Positions 49,411 to 58,816 are shown, numbered from the stretch's first letter. The stretch: 64,000 nt of DNA from an uncultured cyanobacterium (GCA_963740315.1 CAVUDP010000002.1:3904001-3968000), one strand, 5' to 3'. Numbers and translations: made by a program. The notes: a model not told the origin generated them from the letters alone.

Positions 49411-50205
49411 ATGACAAATTTAACATTTTCTCAAGAGTTAGCAATGGCTCTGTACAATTCCGATGAACAGTTCCCGATTGATTTTGATGAGGCTTGGGTG
49501 TGGCTTAGTTATAACAAAAAGCAGCAAGCCAAAGAAAAATTGGTTAGAAATTTTGAAAAGGGATTAGATTTTGAGGTTTTCACCCAAATGAGTGTAAACT
49601 CTACGCAGCAAGCCTCTCAGCCTTCGAGCGGTCGTCCCAAAGAAGTAATCAAGATAACAGTAGAATGTCTGAAATCTTTTGGAATGATGGCAGGTACCGA
49701 ACAAGGGAAAGTTATTCGCCGCTACTTTTTAGAGTGTGAAAAAATTGTCCGTGCCAAGGTCATTACTGAGATTGCACCTTCAACACCTGCTATTGGAAAA
49801 ATCAAGGAAGCTACTGTTACAGTGCTATCAATTGCTAGCATTCACCCTAATCTGATTGCTGGCGTGGTTGCGAATGAAATTGGTAAGCATCATCCAGAGT
49901 TAATAGGAACGATGGAGGAAGCAAAGAAACTTTTACCACTACCAGTTGAAGACCGCTTGCTGAGTGTTACCAAACTGAGCGAATTGTATCATAATCGCAC
50001 TGGTACAAAGCTGAGCGCTAGAAAAATGAACCAGCGACTCAAGGAATTAGGCTTGCAATATCAGAATCCCAACAAAGAACCAGCGTGGATGCCAACAGAG
50101 TTAGGTGAACCTCACGCTAAAGTTATTTTGCAAGAAGCAGCTGGAAATAATAAAACAATCCAGCAGTTGCGCTGGTTCCCGTCAGTGTTGGAACTGATGA
50201 ACTAG
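49411..50205 (+). CDS. Phage antirepressor-like protein (AntA/AntB-type N-terminus)
   Basis: FPIDFD.AW.WL, GRP, ECLKSFGMMAGTEQGK.IRRYFLECEK; C-terminal SARKMNQRL...W.PTELG; AGGAG RBS. Confidence 0.75.
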   Translation: MTNLTFSQELAMALYNSDEQFPIDFDEAWVWLSYNKKQQAKEKLVRNFEKGLDFEVFTQMSVNSTQQASQPSSGRPKEVIKITVECLKSFGMMAGTEQGKVIRRYFLECEKIVRAKVITEIAPSTPAIGKIKEATVTVLSIASIHPNLIAGVVANEIGKHHPELIGTMEEAKKLLPLPVEDRLLSVTKLSELYHNRTGTKLSARKMNQRLKELGLQYQNPNKEPAWMPTELGEPHAKVILQEAAGNNKTIQQLRWFPSVLELMN

Positions 50206-50317
50206 TATTCCTTCATGCTTTTATGAAGGAGGCACAGAACCATGTCTTTGAGATGAGCGGCAGTGGGCTACAACTGTTGCAGCCCTTCGGGATAGTGATG
50301 TGTGTTCCAATTTTGTT

Positions 50318-53300
50318 TTACCCCTGTTGCAAACCTTTCTGCTCCTGTATCGGATTATGCTCAAAACTTTTCTTCTCATCCTCTGTAAAATTGCATACTA
50401 AAGTAGGTTTTCCTCTTTGTGCCTTATATAAAGTCCCGCGATGATTCTCCTTCTCATCAACAATTCGCAGCATTTCTGAAGGTATATGGTGAATAACTCG
50501 ATATTGACCATCACAGAACGTAGCTGTTTGTATTTCCTCACCAGCATTCGCGGGATTTTCTTTTAAACTCGCAAGAGCCTGTTTTAACATTTGTTTTTCC
50601 CATTCTTCACGTTTTACCATTAGAGGAAGCTCTCTAGTAGATTTCTGAGTCGAATTTGAATTATCTTCTATAGGAACTGCTGCGCTTATATCTTTTTCGT
50701 CATCTGCTTTAACTTCAGTCGGTTGCGTGGTTGAGTGTTTTGTTTGACTTTCAGTTTGGTTAATTAATTCTTGTAATTCATTCAACTCAATTGCGATAAA
50801 TTTAGTTCTTTGTCTATTCTGTAACTGGTCATATTCTAGAGGGAAATTTAATGTATCGTTTATTCTAGCTGCTGTCTTGTGTTCTGAAATCTCTGTAGGA
50901 ACAGTAACACAAAAATAAAGTTCTTCAATATTTTCCTTGTTAGCGATACCAATCAAGCTTTCAACACCGAATTTTTTATCAATTTCTTCAGATAGTTTCT
51001 GAAAAATTTCTGTATCTATATTCTTTTCTTGCGAAAAATATTCAAAATATTCGTTTTTTATCGGTAATATACCTAAAGATGCTTCCGAGTCATGGATTAA
51101 TCCTTGATTCTCTTTCTCGTGATAAATTTCATTGAGAATTGGTTTTAATTCGTCTAATAAACTTTTTTTATTATCAGTAACTAAAGGTTCTTCTTTAATC
51201 CAAGTTTGAGGATATTGAATTGTTTGGGGGTCAACTTTAATATGAGCAATAGTAGCGGGTGATGATTCTAGTTTACCTTCAAACTTAAACCCTTCGATTT
51301 GAATACCTCTTGAATTTAATTTCTTGCTTAATACTTTAAATGATTCTTTATCAATTACTCCCAAAGGTTTATCATCAACTAAAGCAATGGGTTTAACGGA
51401 AGAACCAACATTAGAAAGTTTAATTTTTACTGTGCCTTGCTCTCCATTCCATTCTCTTGGAACTGCTTCATATTTTTTCAATTGTCCCACTTTTAATTGA
51501 TTACCTTTAGTACTTGTGATAACAACCGATGCGCTAGGTGGAGAGGTGATTTCTGCACTAAACGAAGTACCGATAGGTAACTGTGCTGATTCGCTACGAA
51601 ATACCCCTAATTTTTTACCTTCAGCTACTAACCAGCGTTTATTTTGTGTAGGATTGGCTGGGTCTGATGCTTGCTCGATAGTACATTCAACTTTTTCTCC
51701 TACCCATTTACGTCCTAAATGTTCGTTACAGGGTTTATGGGTTCCCACAACAGCGAATTCGGTAAATTGCAGTTGTTCTAATCTTCCAATTATTTCTTCT
51801 CCAAATACAGCGAATGCAGCTGATGTTTTGTTAAATCCATATTTTGCATCATCTTTACTCGTCGTAGAAATCTGCCACATTGCAGATGCAACTGCTTCTT
51901 TTTCTGATTCAGGAATAGTTTCACGAGTTTTAGTTGCGAATTCTTTTACTTGTTTGAAAGCTGCTCTAACTTGACTTGATGTTAATCCAGGTTCAATTTT
52001 TTTGGTTAAATTGTTGAATTCGGTGAATGGTTTAATACGACCTTGGAACTGTTCTAAAGATGTTTCTGAAATATACCCCAGGTGCTTGCGCTGTTGTTGA
52101 CCGTTAGCTTTAAATTTTGGTTTTCCGCGTTCGTCGAGTACAGGTGCTATAGCTATCCATTTATTGTCAGCTTTATTGAAGTGATTTTTATTTTCTATTA
52201 ATGAAATATTAAGTTTTCGGTTATCAAAGATATTCGGATGTTTTTTCTGAGATAAACCAACAATTTCTATTTGAAGACCTTTAGGATTAGTTGCGACAAT
52301 TTTTAAACCCGGAGCTTGTTTAACTTCTTTACTAATTTGAATTGCGCGACGAATTAATGAATCGTATATTTTCTTTATATTAACTGCTTTTTGTTTTTGT
52401 GCGGGTGTAAATTCAACTCCATTAAAAAAGGTTTGAAACTGTTGGGTTGAACGCGGTACGATTGCACTTTGTGCGAATGCTTCATTAGTCCGAATCGCCA
52501 TTTTATCAATAGCCGAGTGACCTTTGACATTCATCGTTTTTTTAGTATAAATTTCATTGTTATTTCTATCTTCGACCCACGGAGCAACATCAAAGGTTTT
52601 AATCATAGTATTACAGGCATTAACTATTTTTGGATCGGAGCGATTAGCACTTTTACCTCTATCAACTTCTATTTGTAGCTGTCCTCCTAAAATTCCGACA
52701 ACATCATGATAAAAATTACCAATTTTTTCTAAAACCTTTTCAATCTTTGATTCGGGAATTCTAGTTAAACTTTTATTATTTTCTGGCAGTTTCTTAAATT
52801 TATTTATTTCAGTTTTATTTTGCGTTTCTGGTTGACATAGCTGTGCTAATTCAACTATTTGCGTTCGGAGATTTTCTGGATATTGAATCAGATGAACATG
52901 GTGATTTTCGGCTTTTAACATTTCTACCGCAGCGCAAGAAATATCTTTAATGAATTTCTTGGCTTCCTTGGGTGGAATTGAGATACACTCGTTTTCAAGA
53001 GCAATTCCTTTCATACATAAATTGGCAACTATACCAATTTTGTTCTCCATTGCATCTAACGCTATTTGCTCAAAAGAACCCTTGTATGCTTTTTTGTCGG
53101 GTTTAACTATTTCAGAATAACGGTTTTCTTTGAATTGCTTCTGTTTAATCTCTGCTGTTGTGTGAGGGAAGTCAGACGATAAGGCGATCGCCATTCTATC
53201 TCCGTCACAATCGGATAAAGAATGTTTTAATCCTTGGGGTGACATCTTTATGGTTCCAATATCGTGCGGTTCGTTTGGTAAATGACGATTTATGTAAACG

Positions 53301-54676
53301 TCCACCGTGTTGGAATTAGCAGTGGGACCACGATAAACAATCAATTCTGCACCGTCTGAGAATTTGGGATAACAAACTTCATTGTCAGCCAAATCATGAC
53401 AAGTTTGTGCCATTGCTGAGTCAAATTTAATAAATCTTCCCGTAGCGCAATCCATATACTGTTGTTTCAAGTGTTCTTGAAGTTTGTCTATGATTTTGGG
53501 ATGCTCTAATAATTGACAATGTTCTTTTAAATCCGCTTTGAGAATACGATATATCAAGTTTTGTTCGCAATCATTTGACAAAAACATATCATCAATTAAA
53601 TTTTCAATATCACCTAAATCAAAGTTTTCAAAATCAATTAAATCTTCCGATTCAGTCTGGGCTTGTATTTGGTGTTTACACTTAGCATCAATTGAATTGA
53701 TATAGTCTTGAGCAATTTTTCTGGGATCATCAGCCATATCCTTGAGTTCTTCCAAACGTTTCTGCAATCGAGGAAGAACATCACCTTCGACCCCATTAGG
53801 AAAGGAATTCCAAAATTGAGCGCCCGTAGAGGTGATACCGTAATAAGCATTGGTTTTATTTCCAATTCCCATTTTCATTAAATACTCCCCAGGTTTAAGA
53901 GGAGTGGGGGAGGGGGTGATGGGGGGAGTGGGGGATTTTAAAGAAATAGAACATTTATCCCCAGAATTACTAGTTTCCCTCTGTCCATTTTTCCCCCTCT
54001 CCCCCGTTCTCCCACTCCCCCACTCCTCCCCTGTTCTCCCCTTCAGCTGTTCTGTAGAAATTACCAAATCATACCCATTCCCCACTTGACTTAAATCCCG
54101 TGGTGCAAATGTACCTTTTCCTAACTGCCAAGTTTCATTATTATCATTATTTATATCAAGCCCAGCACGTCTTTCTTTGATACCAAAACGGGTTTGAAAC
54201 GGTGTTGCTTGCTCGTTACCTAAAGTCTTGTGTAGCACTGCATCTATCTTCCCGTCACCATCACCAACTAATTTGATTGCTTGAGTATTTGGTATTACTC
54301 CACCATTCTCACCAGTTTGTGCATCCACAACTAAAACTCGTAAGTTTTCCCGCTCCGAGAAGCTTTGGCAGGGTGTGAACATATTTGAGCCGTATGCAGC
54401 ACCGAAATGGGGTTGGTCAAAAACCTTTTCTCGCAATTCTTCATCCATAAAGTAGAAACGATTATCAGCTGCAAATTGCAGTGTTAATCCTTCTGTTGTA
54501 AATTGTTTGAGGTCTTCTTCTGTTGTTAACCCCTGATATACTACTCCTAACTTAAATGTAGATAGGGGAGCAAAATATTCTGACAAACAGTGTTCAATTG
54601 TTTCTGTGATTGGTTCGCCGTCAGCGATAATTGGTTTACCCGTTTTTGTGCAGAAGTGGGAGAGGGTAATTGCCAT
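50318..54676 (-). CDS. Putative single-chain two-barrel RNA polymerase (QDE-1/RDR/YonO-related) with C-terminal HIRAN-like repeats
   Basis: Ordered motifs GDGDGKID, PFQTRFG, KGTF, LIVYRGP, SDCDGDRM, ENKIGIVAN, QIEVDRGKS. Confidence 0.75.
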   Translation of the reverse strand: MAITLSHFCTKTGKPIIADGEPITETIEHCLSEYFAPLSTFKLGVVYQGLTTEEDLKQFTTEGLTLQFAADNRFYFMDEELREKVFDQPHFGAAYGSNMFTPCQSFSERENLRVLVVDAQTGENGGVIPNTQAIKLVGDGDGKIDAVLHKTLGNEQATPFQTRFGIKERRAGLDINNDNNETWQLGKGTFAPRDLSQVGNGYDLVISTEQLKGRTGEEWGSGRTGERGKNGQRETSNSGDKCSISLKSPTPPITPSPTPLKPGEYLMKMGIGNKTNAYYGITSTGAQFWNSFPNGVEGDVLPRLQKRLEELKDMADDPRKIAQDYINSIDAKCKHQIQAQTESEDLIDFENFDLGDIENLIDDMFLSNDCEQNLIYRILKADLKEHCQLLEHPKIIDKLQEHLKQQYMDCATGRFIKFDSAMAQTCHDLADNEVCYPKFSDGAELIVYRGPTANSNTVDVYINRHLPNEPHDIGTIKMSPQGLKHSLSDCDGDRMAIALSSDFPHTTAEIKQKQFKENRYSEIVKPDKKAYKGSFEQIALDAMENKIGIVANLCMKGIALENECISIPPKEAKKFIKDISCAAVEMLKAENHHVHLIQYPENLRTQIVELAQLCQPETQNKTEINKFKKLPENNKSLTRIPESKIEKVLEKIGNFYHDVVGILGGQLQIEVDRGKSANRSDPKIVNACNTMIKTFDVAPWVEDRNNNEIYTKKTMNVKGHSAIDKMAIRTNEAFAQSAIVPRSTQQFQTFFNGVEFTPAQKQKAVNIKKIYDSLIRRAIQISKEVKQAPGLKIVATNPKGLQIEIVGLSQKKHPNIFDNRKLNISLIENKNHFNKADNKWIAIAPVLDERGKPKFKANGQQQRKHLGYISETSLEQFQGRIKPFTEFNNLTKKIEPGLTSSQVRAAFKQVKEFATKTRETIPESEKEAVASAMWQISTTSKDDAKYGFNKTSAAFAVFGEEIIGRLEQLQFTEFAVVGTHKPCNEHLGRKWVGEKVECTIEQASDPANPTQNKRWLVAEGKKLGVFRSESAQLPIGTSFSAEITSPPSASVVITSTKGNQLKVGQLKKYEAVPREWNGEQGTVKIKLSNVGSSVKPIALVDDKPLGVIDKESFKVLSKKLNSRGIQIEGFKFEGKLESSPATIAHIKVDPQTIQYPQTWIKEEPLVTDNKKSLLDELKPILNEIYHEKENQGLIHDSEASLGILPIKNEYFEYFSQEKNIDTEIFQKLSEEIDKKFGVESLIGIANKENIEELYFCVTVPTEISEHKTAARINDTLNFPLEYDQLQNRQRTKFIAIELNELQELINQTESQTKHSTTQPTEVKADDEKDISAAVPIEDNSNSTQKSTRELPLMVKREEWEKQMLKQALASLKENPANAGEEIQTATFCDGQYRVIHHIPSEMLRIVDEKENHRGTLYKAQRGKPTLVCNFTEDEKKSFEHNPIQEQKGLQQG

Positions 54677-54854
54677 GACTAATACGTATTAATTCATTAT
54701 TTCACCTTTAAATCTAGTTTTTATGCATTGATGCATAGTAGTTCTTTAGTGAAGAAGTTTTCTATTACTAAAGTAGTATTTTTGTTCTTGTAAGCTAAAA
54801 TTTTGTTTATGATGGGGATGAACTAACAGGAGCATTCTTCGGGAGAATAAAGTT

Positions 54855-55109
54855 ATGGATGGTACGAAAAAAGTAGTATTACAACCGAATGTTTGGGATA
54901 CGGATAATTTAGGAGATTTAGTTGCTGAAGGTGTGTTAGATAGTGATGATGTATCTTTATATGGTGTTGTTCAAGCACAAAATGAAGAATACGAGCGTTT
55001 AGAGCGGGAATGGCAAGAAAAAAATGAAGAATACTTGAACTCAATTGATTGGGAAAATGTTGTAGTTAAGTCTGAAATAATAAAGAAAGAAGAGGAGGAA
55101 GTGTTTTAA
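54855..55109 (+). CDS. Small very acidic hypothetical protein
   Basis: 84 aa, D/E-rich, GGGAG RBS; hairpin CCCCC-TTCA-GGGGG follows. Confidence 0.55.
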   Translation: MDGTKKVVLQPNVWDTDNLGDLVAEGVLDSDDVSLYGVVQAQNEEYERLEREWQEKNEEYLNSIDWENVVVKSEIIKKEEEEVF

Positions 55110-55151
55110 GAAAAAACCCCCTTCAGGGGGAAATTATATTCAAAACTAAGA

Positions 55152-55415
55152 TTAATTTACGTTAATTGAACGTACTAAAATACTCATTACTTCTCCCGGA
55201 TTAGAAGTTGCTAAAAGCGGAGTCCAATCGCGTAAATTTGCATAGCCCAGTTGATGTAAAACCTGAATTGTAGCTATTACCGCTTTACGGGAGCCAGTTA
55301 GAGTATGCTTGATTTTTTCTGGTTCCGGAGGTTGAGATATTATCAGTTGGGGGTGAGGAATAGCTTTTTGTTGATTTCTCGCATCACTAAGAAAATTTCG
55401 ATACTTTGATTTCAT
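55152..55415 (-). CDS. Conserved cyanobacterial hypothetical protein
   Basis: GSRKAV..TI..LH.LGYA...DW...GEVMSIL pattern. Confidence 0.65.
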   Translation of the reverse strand: MKSKYRNFLSDARNQQKAIPHPQLIISQPPEPEKIKHTLTGSRKAVIATIQVLHQLGYANLRDWTPLLATSNPGEVMSILVRSINVN

Positions 55416-55439
55416 TAGTTATTCACCACTATTAGAATT

Positions 55440-55709
55440 TCATTGTTTACTCCCCGTGAGGGGTTTTACTAGCTGCAAGTATTCAGTTTCAAGGGAATTA
55501 ATAGTCCTAAAATATAGTCGAAACGAGCCATCTGGGTATTGCTTTAAGTCCGTTTCACAGAAGAGAATGTCTTGTCTTTGGAGCCATTGAACAATGCTTT
55601 CATGATAATCAGCTAAGAACAGTGCAGGAAAGTAAATTCTTCCGGTTTTAACTCCAGTTTTTGGATTAGTAAATATCTGAAATTGAGGTTCACTTAAAAC
55701 TTCTGCCAT
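55440..55709 (-). CDS. Hypothetical protein
   Basis: Clean 89-aa ORF in a co-oriented run. Confidence 0.6.
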   Translation of the reverse strand: MAEVLSEPQFQIFTNPKTGVKTGRIYFPALFLADYHESIVQWLQRQDILFCETDLKQYPDGSFRLYFRTINSLETEYLQLVKPLTGSKQ

Positions 55710-55792
55710 TATTATTACCTTGCAAAAAAACTTTGAATTATTTTGAAAGCTTGTGATGGTGAAGATAAGTAATCACAAGCTTTCCTAAAGGA

Positions 55793-56524
55793 CTAATTAG
55801 ATAGTGACTCGGAATATTTAACGAAATTCGATACTTTCCATTTCAAACCATGCACTCTGTCAGCAATGTTTTGTTTTGAAGAATTGCCATCACAAAGCAT
55901 ACAATTTTCACATCTATTCCTATCATCTTCGGTATGACGACAAAGGATTTCATTTTCACTCAAAGATGCATCGGGAGCGATAATTCTAAAAGTTCTCCAC
56001 CCTTGACTTTGAGCAATACGTGCTTCTGCCAAACTTTGCACGGAAGCCATTAAATATTGTTTCCAAATTGGCTTACAATTCTTCCAATTGTGAGAGTATC
56101 CCGTATGACTTCCTGATGCTAAAATAATCGGTTTCCATACATTAAATGGTACTGCTGTAGGGTCGCCGTAGGAACCAATTCTAATAGGATAACGATATCG
56201 TTTGAGAACTTCGATTTCATTTTTGCTGAATTTATAATAAGTACCTGATACATATTTTCGGTACATATTATTTGTTGGTGCGAGATTAACATAGCAGCTT
56301 CCTGTTTGACTCAACTTTAAACTACAAGAGCCACAAATACCCTCATCTAAACCTGTTTTTGCTGCGAAAGTTGGAGCGAATTCTTGTTGTAAAATCCAGC
56401 TTTGTATCATCCTTCCAGTCTTAATATTTGTACTAGGAGAAACGAAGCCTGTTAAAATCAGAACTATAGGAGAACCATCAATCAACGATGCCCCTTCCCA
56501 AACGACGTAACTATTCTTCAACAT
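55793..56524 (-). CDS. Cys-rich phage/mobile-element protein, possibly metal- or Fe-S-binding
   Basis: N.KTG.M.Q..IL, ICGSC...CYV, RIGSYGDP, HTGYSH.W, CENCMLC. Confidence 0.6.
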   Translation of the reverse strand: MLKNSYVVWEGASLIDGSPIVLILTGFVSPSTNIKTGRMIQSWILQQEFAPTFAAKTGLDEGICGSCSLKLSQTGSCYVNLAPTNNMYRKYVSGTYYKFSKNEIEVLKRYRYPIRIGSYGDPTAVPFNVWKPIILASGSHTGYSHNWKNCKPIWKQYLMASVQSLAEARIAQSQGWRTFRIIAPDASLSENEILCRHTEDDRNRCENCMLCDGNSSKQNIADRVHGLKWKVSNFVKYSESLSN

Positions 56525-56664
56525 AGTAATAGCGGATAATAATTTTGAATTTTGATAAGTTGAAAAGTGTTTGAAGCGATGATAAATTTGAAATAAATTT
56601 CGACAGCAAAAAGGGGAATAAAATCTGCTTTATCCCCCTTTGATTTTGGTTTATAGTGCTAGTA

Positions 56665-57042
56665 TTAATTCTCAGCTTTCATTTGAGGATTGACGCTTGC
56701 ATTTACTCGTGCAGCATATTCTCGTCTCCGCTGCCAAGATAATTCGTTTAGAACGACTAAATCTTCTTTCGTTTTGCCAAATTTACGATTAGCAAATTCA
56801 AGTAGTTGTTCCAGAGAATAGCGCTTTTCTTCTACTTTTCCAAAATCAGTTGCAAAACGTTCTTTAAATACATCCCAGTTGAAATCTTGGAAGCTATTTT
56901 TAGCAAGAAGTCCGCATAAAGAACGAATGGAATAGTAGACTTTTGAGTATAAGCGTTCTGAGTAATCACTAACTCCATATTCACCTAAAACGGAATCATC
57001 GATTGCTTGAAAGTTTGGTGTAGAGGATTTACGTGTAGCCAT
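56665..57042 (-). CDS. Hypothetical protein
   Basis: 125-aa ORF with AGGAG RBS. Confidence 0.6.
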   Translation of the reverse strand: MATRKSSTPNFQAIDDSVLGEYGVSDYSERLYSKVYYSIRSLCGLLAKNSFQDFNWDVFKERFATDFGKVEEKRYSLEQLLEFANRKFGKTKEDLVVLNELSWQRRREYAARVNASVNPQMKAEN

Positions 57043-57162
57043 AAGACAGATATCTCCTAAATTTTCATTTCTCTATTGGGCGTAAGCCCTCTTTCTGTTG
57101 GAGTGTTTCAGTACGTTAAGTTTCGGTAATCAGCACCAAGATGAATCGTGATAATCTGCTGT

Positions 57163-57375
57163 TCATACCTTGATTTCACAGTTGTGCTGATAATCAATTT
57201 CTAACTGTTGTAAGTCTGTGTCTAATACTAGATTTTTCAGTTCTTGCATAACTTCTCGAATATGATTTTCATCACTGATACCTGAGTAGTAAATTTTGAT
57301 AAATTTGTCAGCTTTACTCATGAATTGTTCGAGGTTTGTGACGAATACCTGTTCTGAACCAATCGCTTGGATCAT
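57163..57375 (-). CDS. Hypothetical protein
   Basis: 70-aa ORF with AGGAG RBS. Confidence 0.5.
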   Translation of the reverse strand: MIQAIGSEQVFVTNLEQFMSKADKFIKIYYSGISDENHIREVMQELKNLVLDTDLQQLEIDYQHNCEIKV

Positions 57376-57411
57376 GATTTTCTCCTGATAGCTAAAAGTG
57401 TGTGATGTGCG

Positions 57412-57774
57412 TTAATATTCGTTATTGAGCATTAAGACTTTTTCAACTAAATACAGCTTGATATGGCTCAATGGAAAATCTGTATATTCGATTTCTTGGC
57501 GTAAAACTTCTTGATTGGTGTCCCACTCGCATATCAAAACACCGGAATTTTCTTGAACTCGTAAATGCCAAATTTGAAATTCTCGTAGTTGTGGATTAGA
57601 CAAGAATTGCTTTGTTTGATGTGAGGCGATAGCATCTAGGAGCCAATAGCAATTTACTTCTTGTGCTAGGTATTGGATACCATCAGTATATTTCAAGCCG
57701 AGCCAATGTTTGTAGAGAGTCGCTGAACCATAAAATTGGTTTAGCTCGCTGGCTATTTCTTGTGGAGAAATCAT
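57412..57774 (-). CDS. Conserved mobile-element protein (DUF6876-like)
   Basis: L.QF.GS...Y.H, YTDG..YLA....YWL.DAI.S.Q, FQ.W.L, Q.I.YTDFP. Confidence 0.65.
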   Translation of the reverse strand: MISPQEIASELNQFYGSATLYKHWLGLKYTDGIQYLAQEVNCYWLLDAIASHQTKQFLSNPQLREFQIWHLRVQENSGVLICEWDTNQEVLRQEIEYTDFPLSHIKLYLVEKVLMLNNEY

Positions 57775-58109
57775 TTTTTAATCCTTAATTTTACGGACTT
57801 CACGTGAAGTCTTGCGGGAGAATCTTCCCCCGCAGAGCTTCACAACTTCATCGGCGTGAGCCGTAAAACGATAACTGCTGATAATAAATACCAGCAGTTG
57901 AGAAATTTTTATTGATTTCTATTTCTACCCCTTTGGCAGTTTTTAATTAAAAAGGTAGATACCGGCGTTGTATCTCCTAGTGTAAATTTAAAGAAATACT
58001 CAAAGCATTGATAGTTTGTCGGTCATCTATAACTTATTGCATGACTGCAAGAATCTGACTATTATTTTTAACAGCTATACCAGAAGCTGTTAAAGTGAAG
58101 GATTTAATT

Positions 58110-58802
58110 TCAAGTTTTTAGCAATGTATCTTGAGTTACCCGTCCATCTTCCATCCGTAAAATTCTATCGGCAACATCTAAAATGCGGCTATCGTGAGTC
58201 ACTAGCAAAATAGTACTTCCTTGTAGCTTAGCTAGTTTTTGCATGATATTCACCACATCTCGACCAGATTTACTGTCTAATGCTGCTGTAGGTTCATCTG
58301 CCAGTACGAGTAAAGGCTCACCCACTAATGCACGAGCAATAGCAATTCTTTGTTTTTGCCCACCAGAAAGCTTTTCGGGATAATAATCGATGCGTTCCCC
58401 TAAACCGACAGATGTTAATATAGCTTGCGACCTCGCGATACGCTCCCCAATCGACAAATTCTCATGCAACCGCAGTGACATTCCCACATTTTGCTGTGCT
58501 GTGAGGGATTCAAGTAAATTATGAGACTGAAAAATGAATCCAATTTGCTGACGAATTTTGACTAACTGCGATTTTGTTGCACCGTATAATTCCCGACCAA
58601 ATATACGAACGCTACCTTGCTGTATTGAACGTAAACCACCAATCAATGTCAGCAAAGTGGTTTTACCGCTTCCCGATGGTCCGCGCATAATGACAATTTC
58701 ACCTCTGTAAATGTCTAAATTGACATCATCTAAAACTGGCTTACATAAATCACCTTTACCAAAAGCATGGCAGAGATGGCGAACGGTGACAACAGCTTCC
58801 AT
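58110..58802 (-). CDS. devA: ABC exporter ATP-binding subunit (DevA-type)
   Basis: GPSGSGKTT, FIFQSHNL, LSGGQKQR, LADEPT; GAGGAG RBS before ATG 58802. Confidence 0.88.
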   Translation of the reverse strand: MEAVVTVRHLCHAFGKGDLCKPVLDDVNLDIYRGEIVIMRGPSGSGKTTLLTLIGGLRSIQQGSVRIFGRELYGATKSQLVKIRQQIGFIFQSHNLLESLTAQQNVGMSLRLHENLSIGERIARSQAILTSVGLGERIDYYPEKLSGGQKQRIAIARALVGEPLLVLADEPTAALDSKSGRDVVNIMQKLAKLQGSTILLVTHDSRILDVADRILRMEDGRVTQDTLLKT

Positions 58803-58816
58803 AGCTCCTCCTCTAG

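Larger units (their letters stand above)
16317..57900. mobile_element. Integrative conjugative element at tRNA-Phe (right boundary not seen; 57900 is the end of the core-like genes)
   Basis: att + integrase + Xis + T4SS + T4CP + relaxase/MobC + replication and partition genes. Confidence 0.8.

Noticed and set aside
50318..54676. Host RpoC1/RpoB or a reverse transcriptase
   Set aside because: Lacks NADFDGD context and rpo operon neighbours, and has no YxDD motif; the motif order fits the RdRP/YonO group instead.
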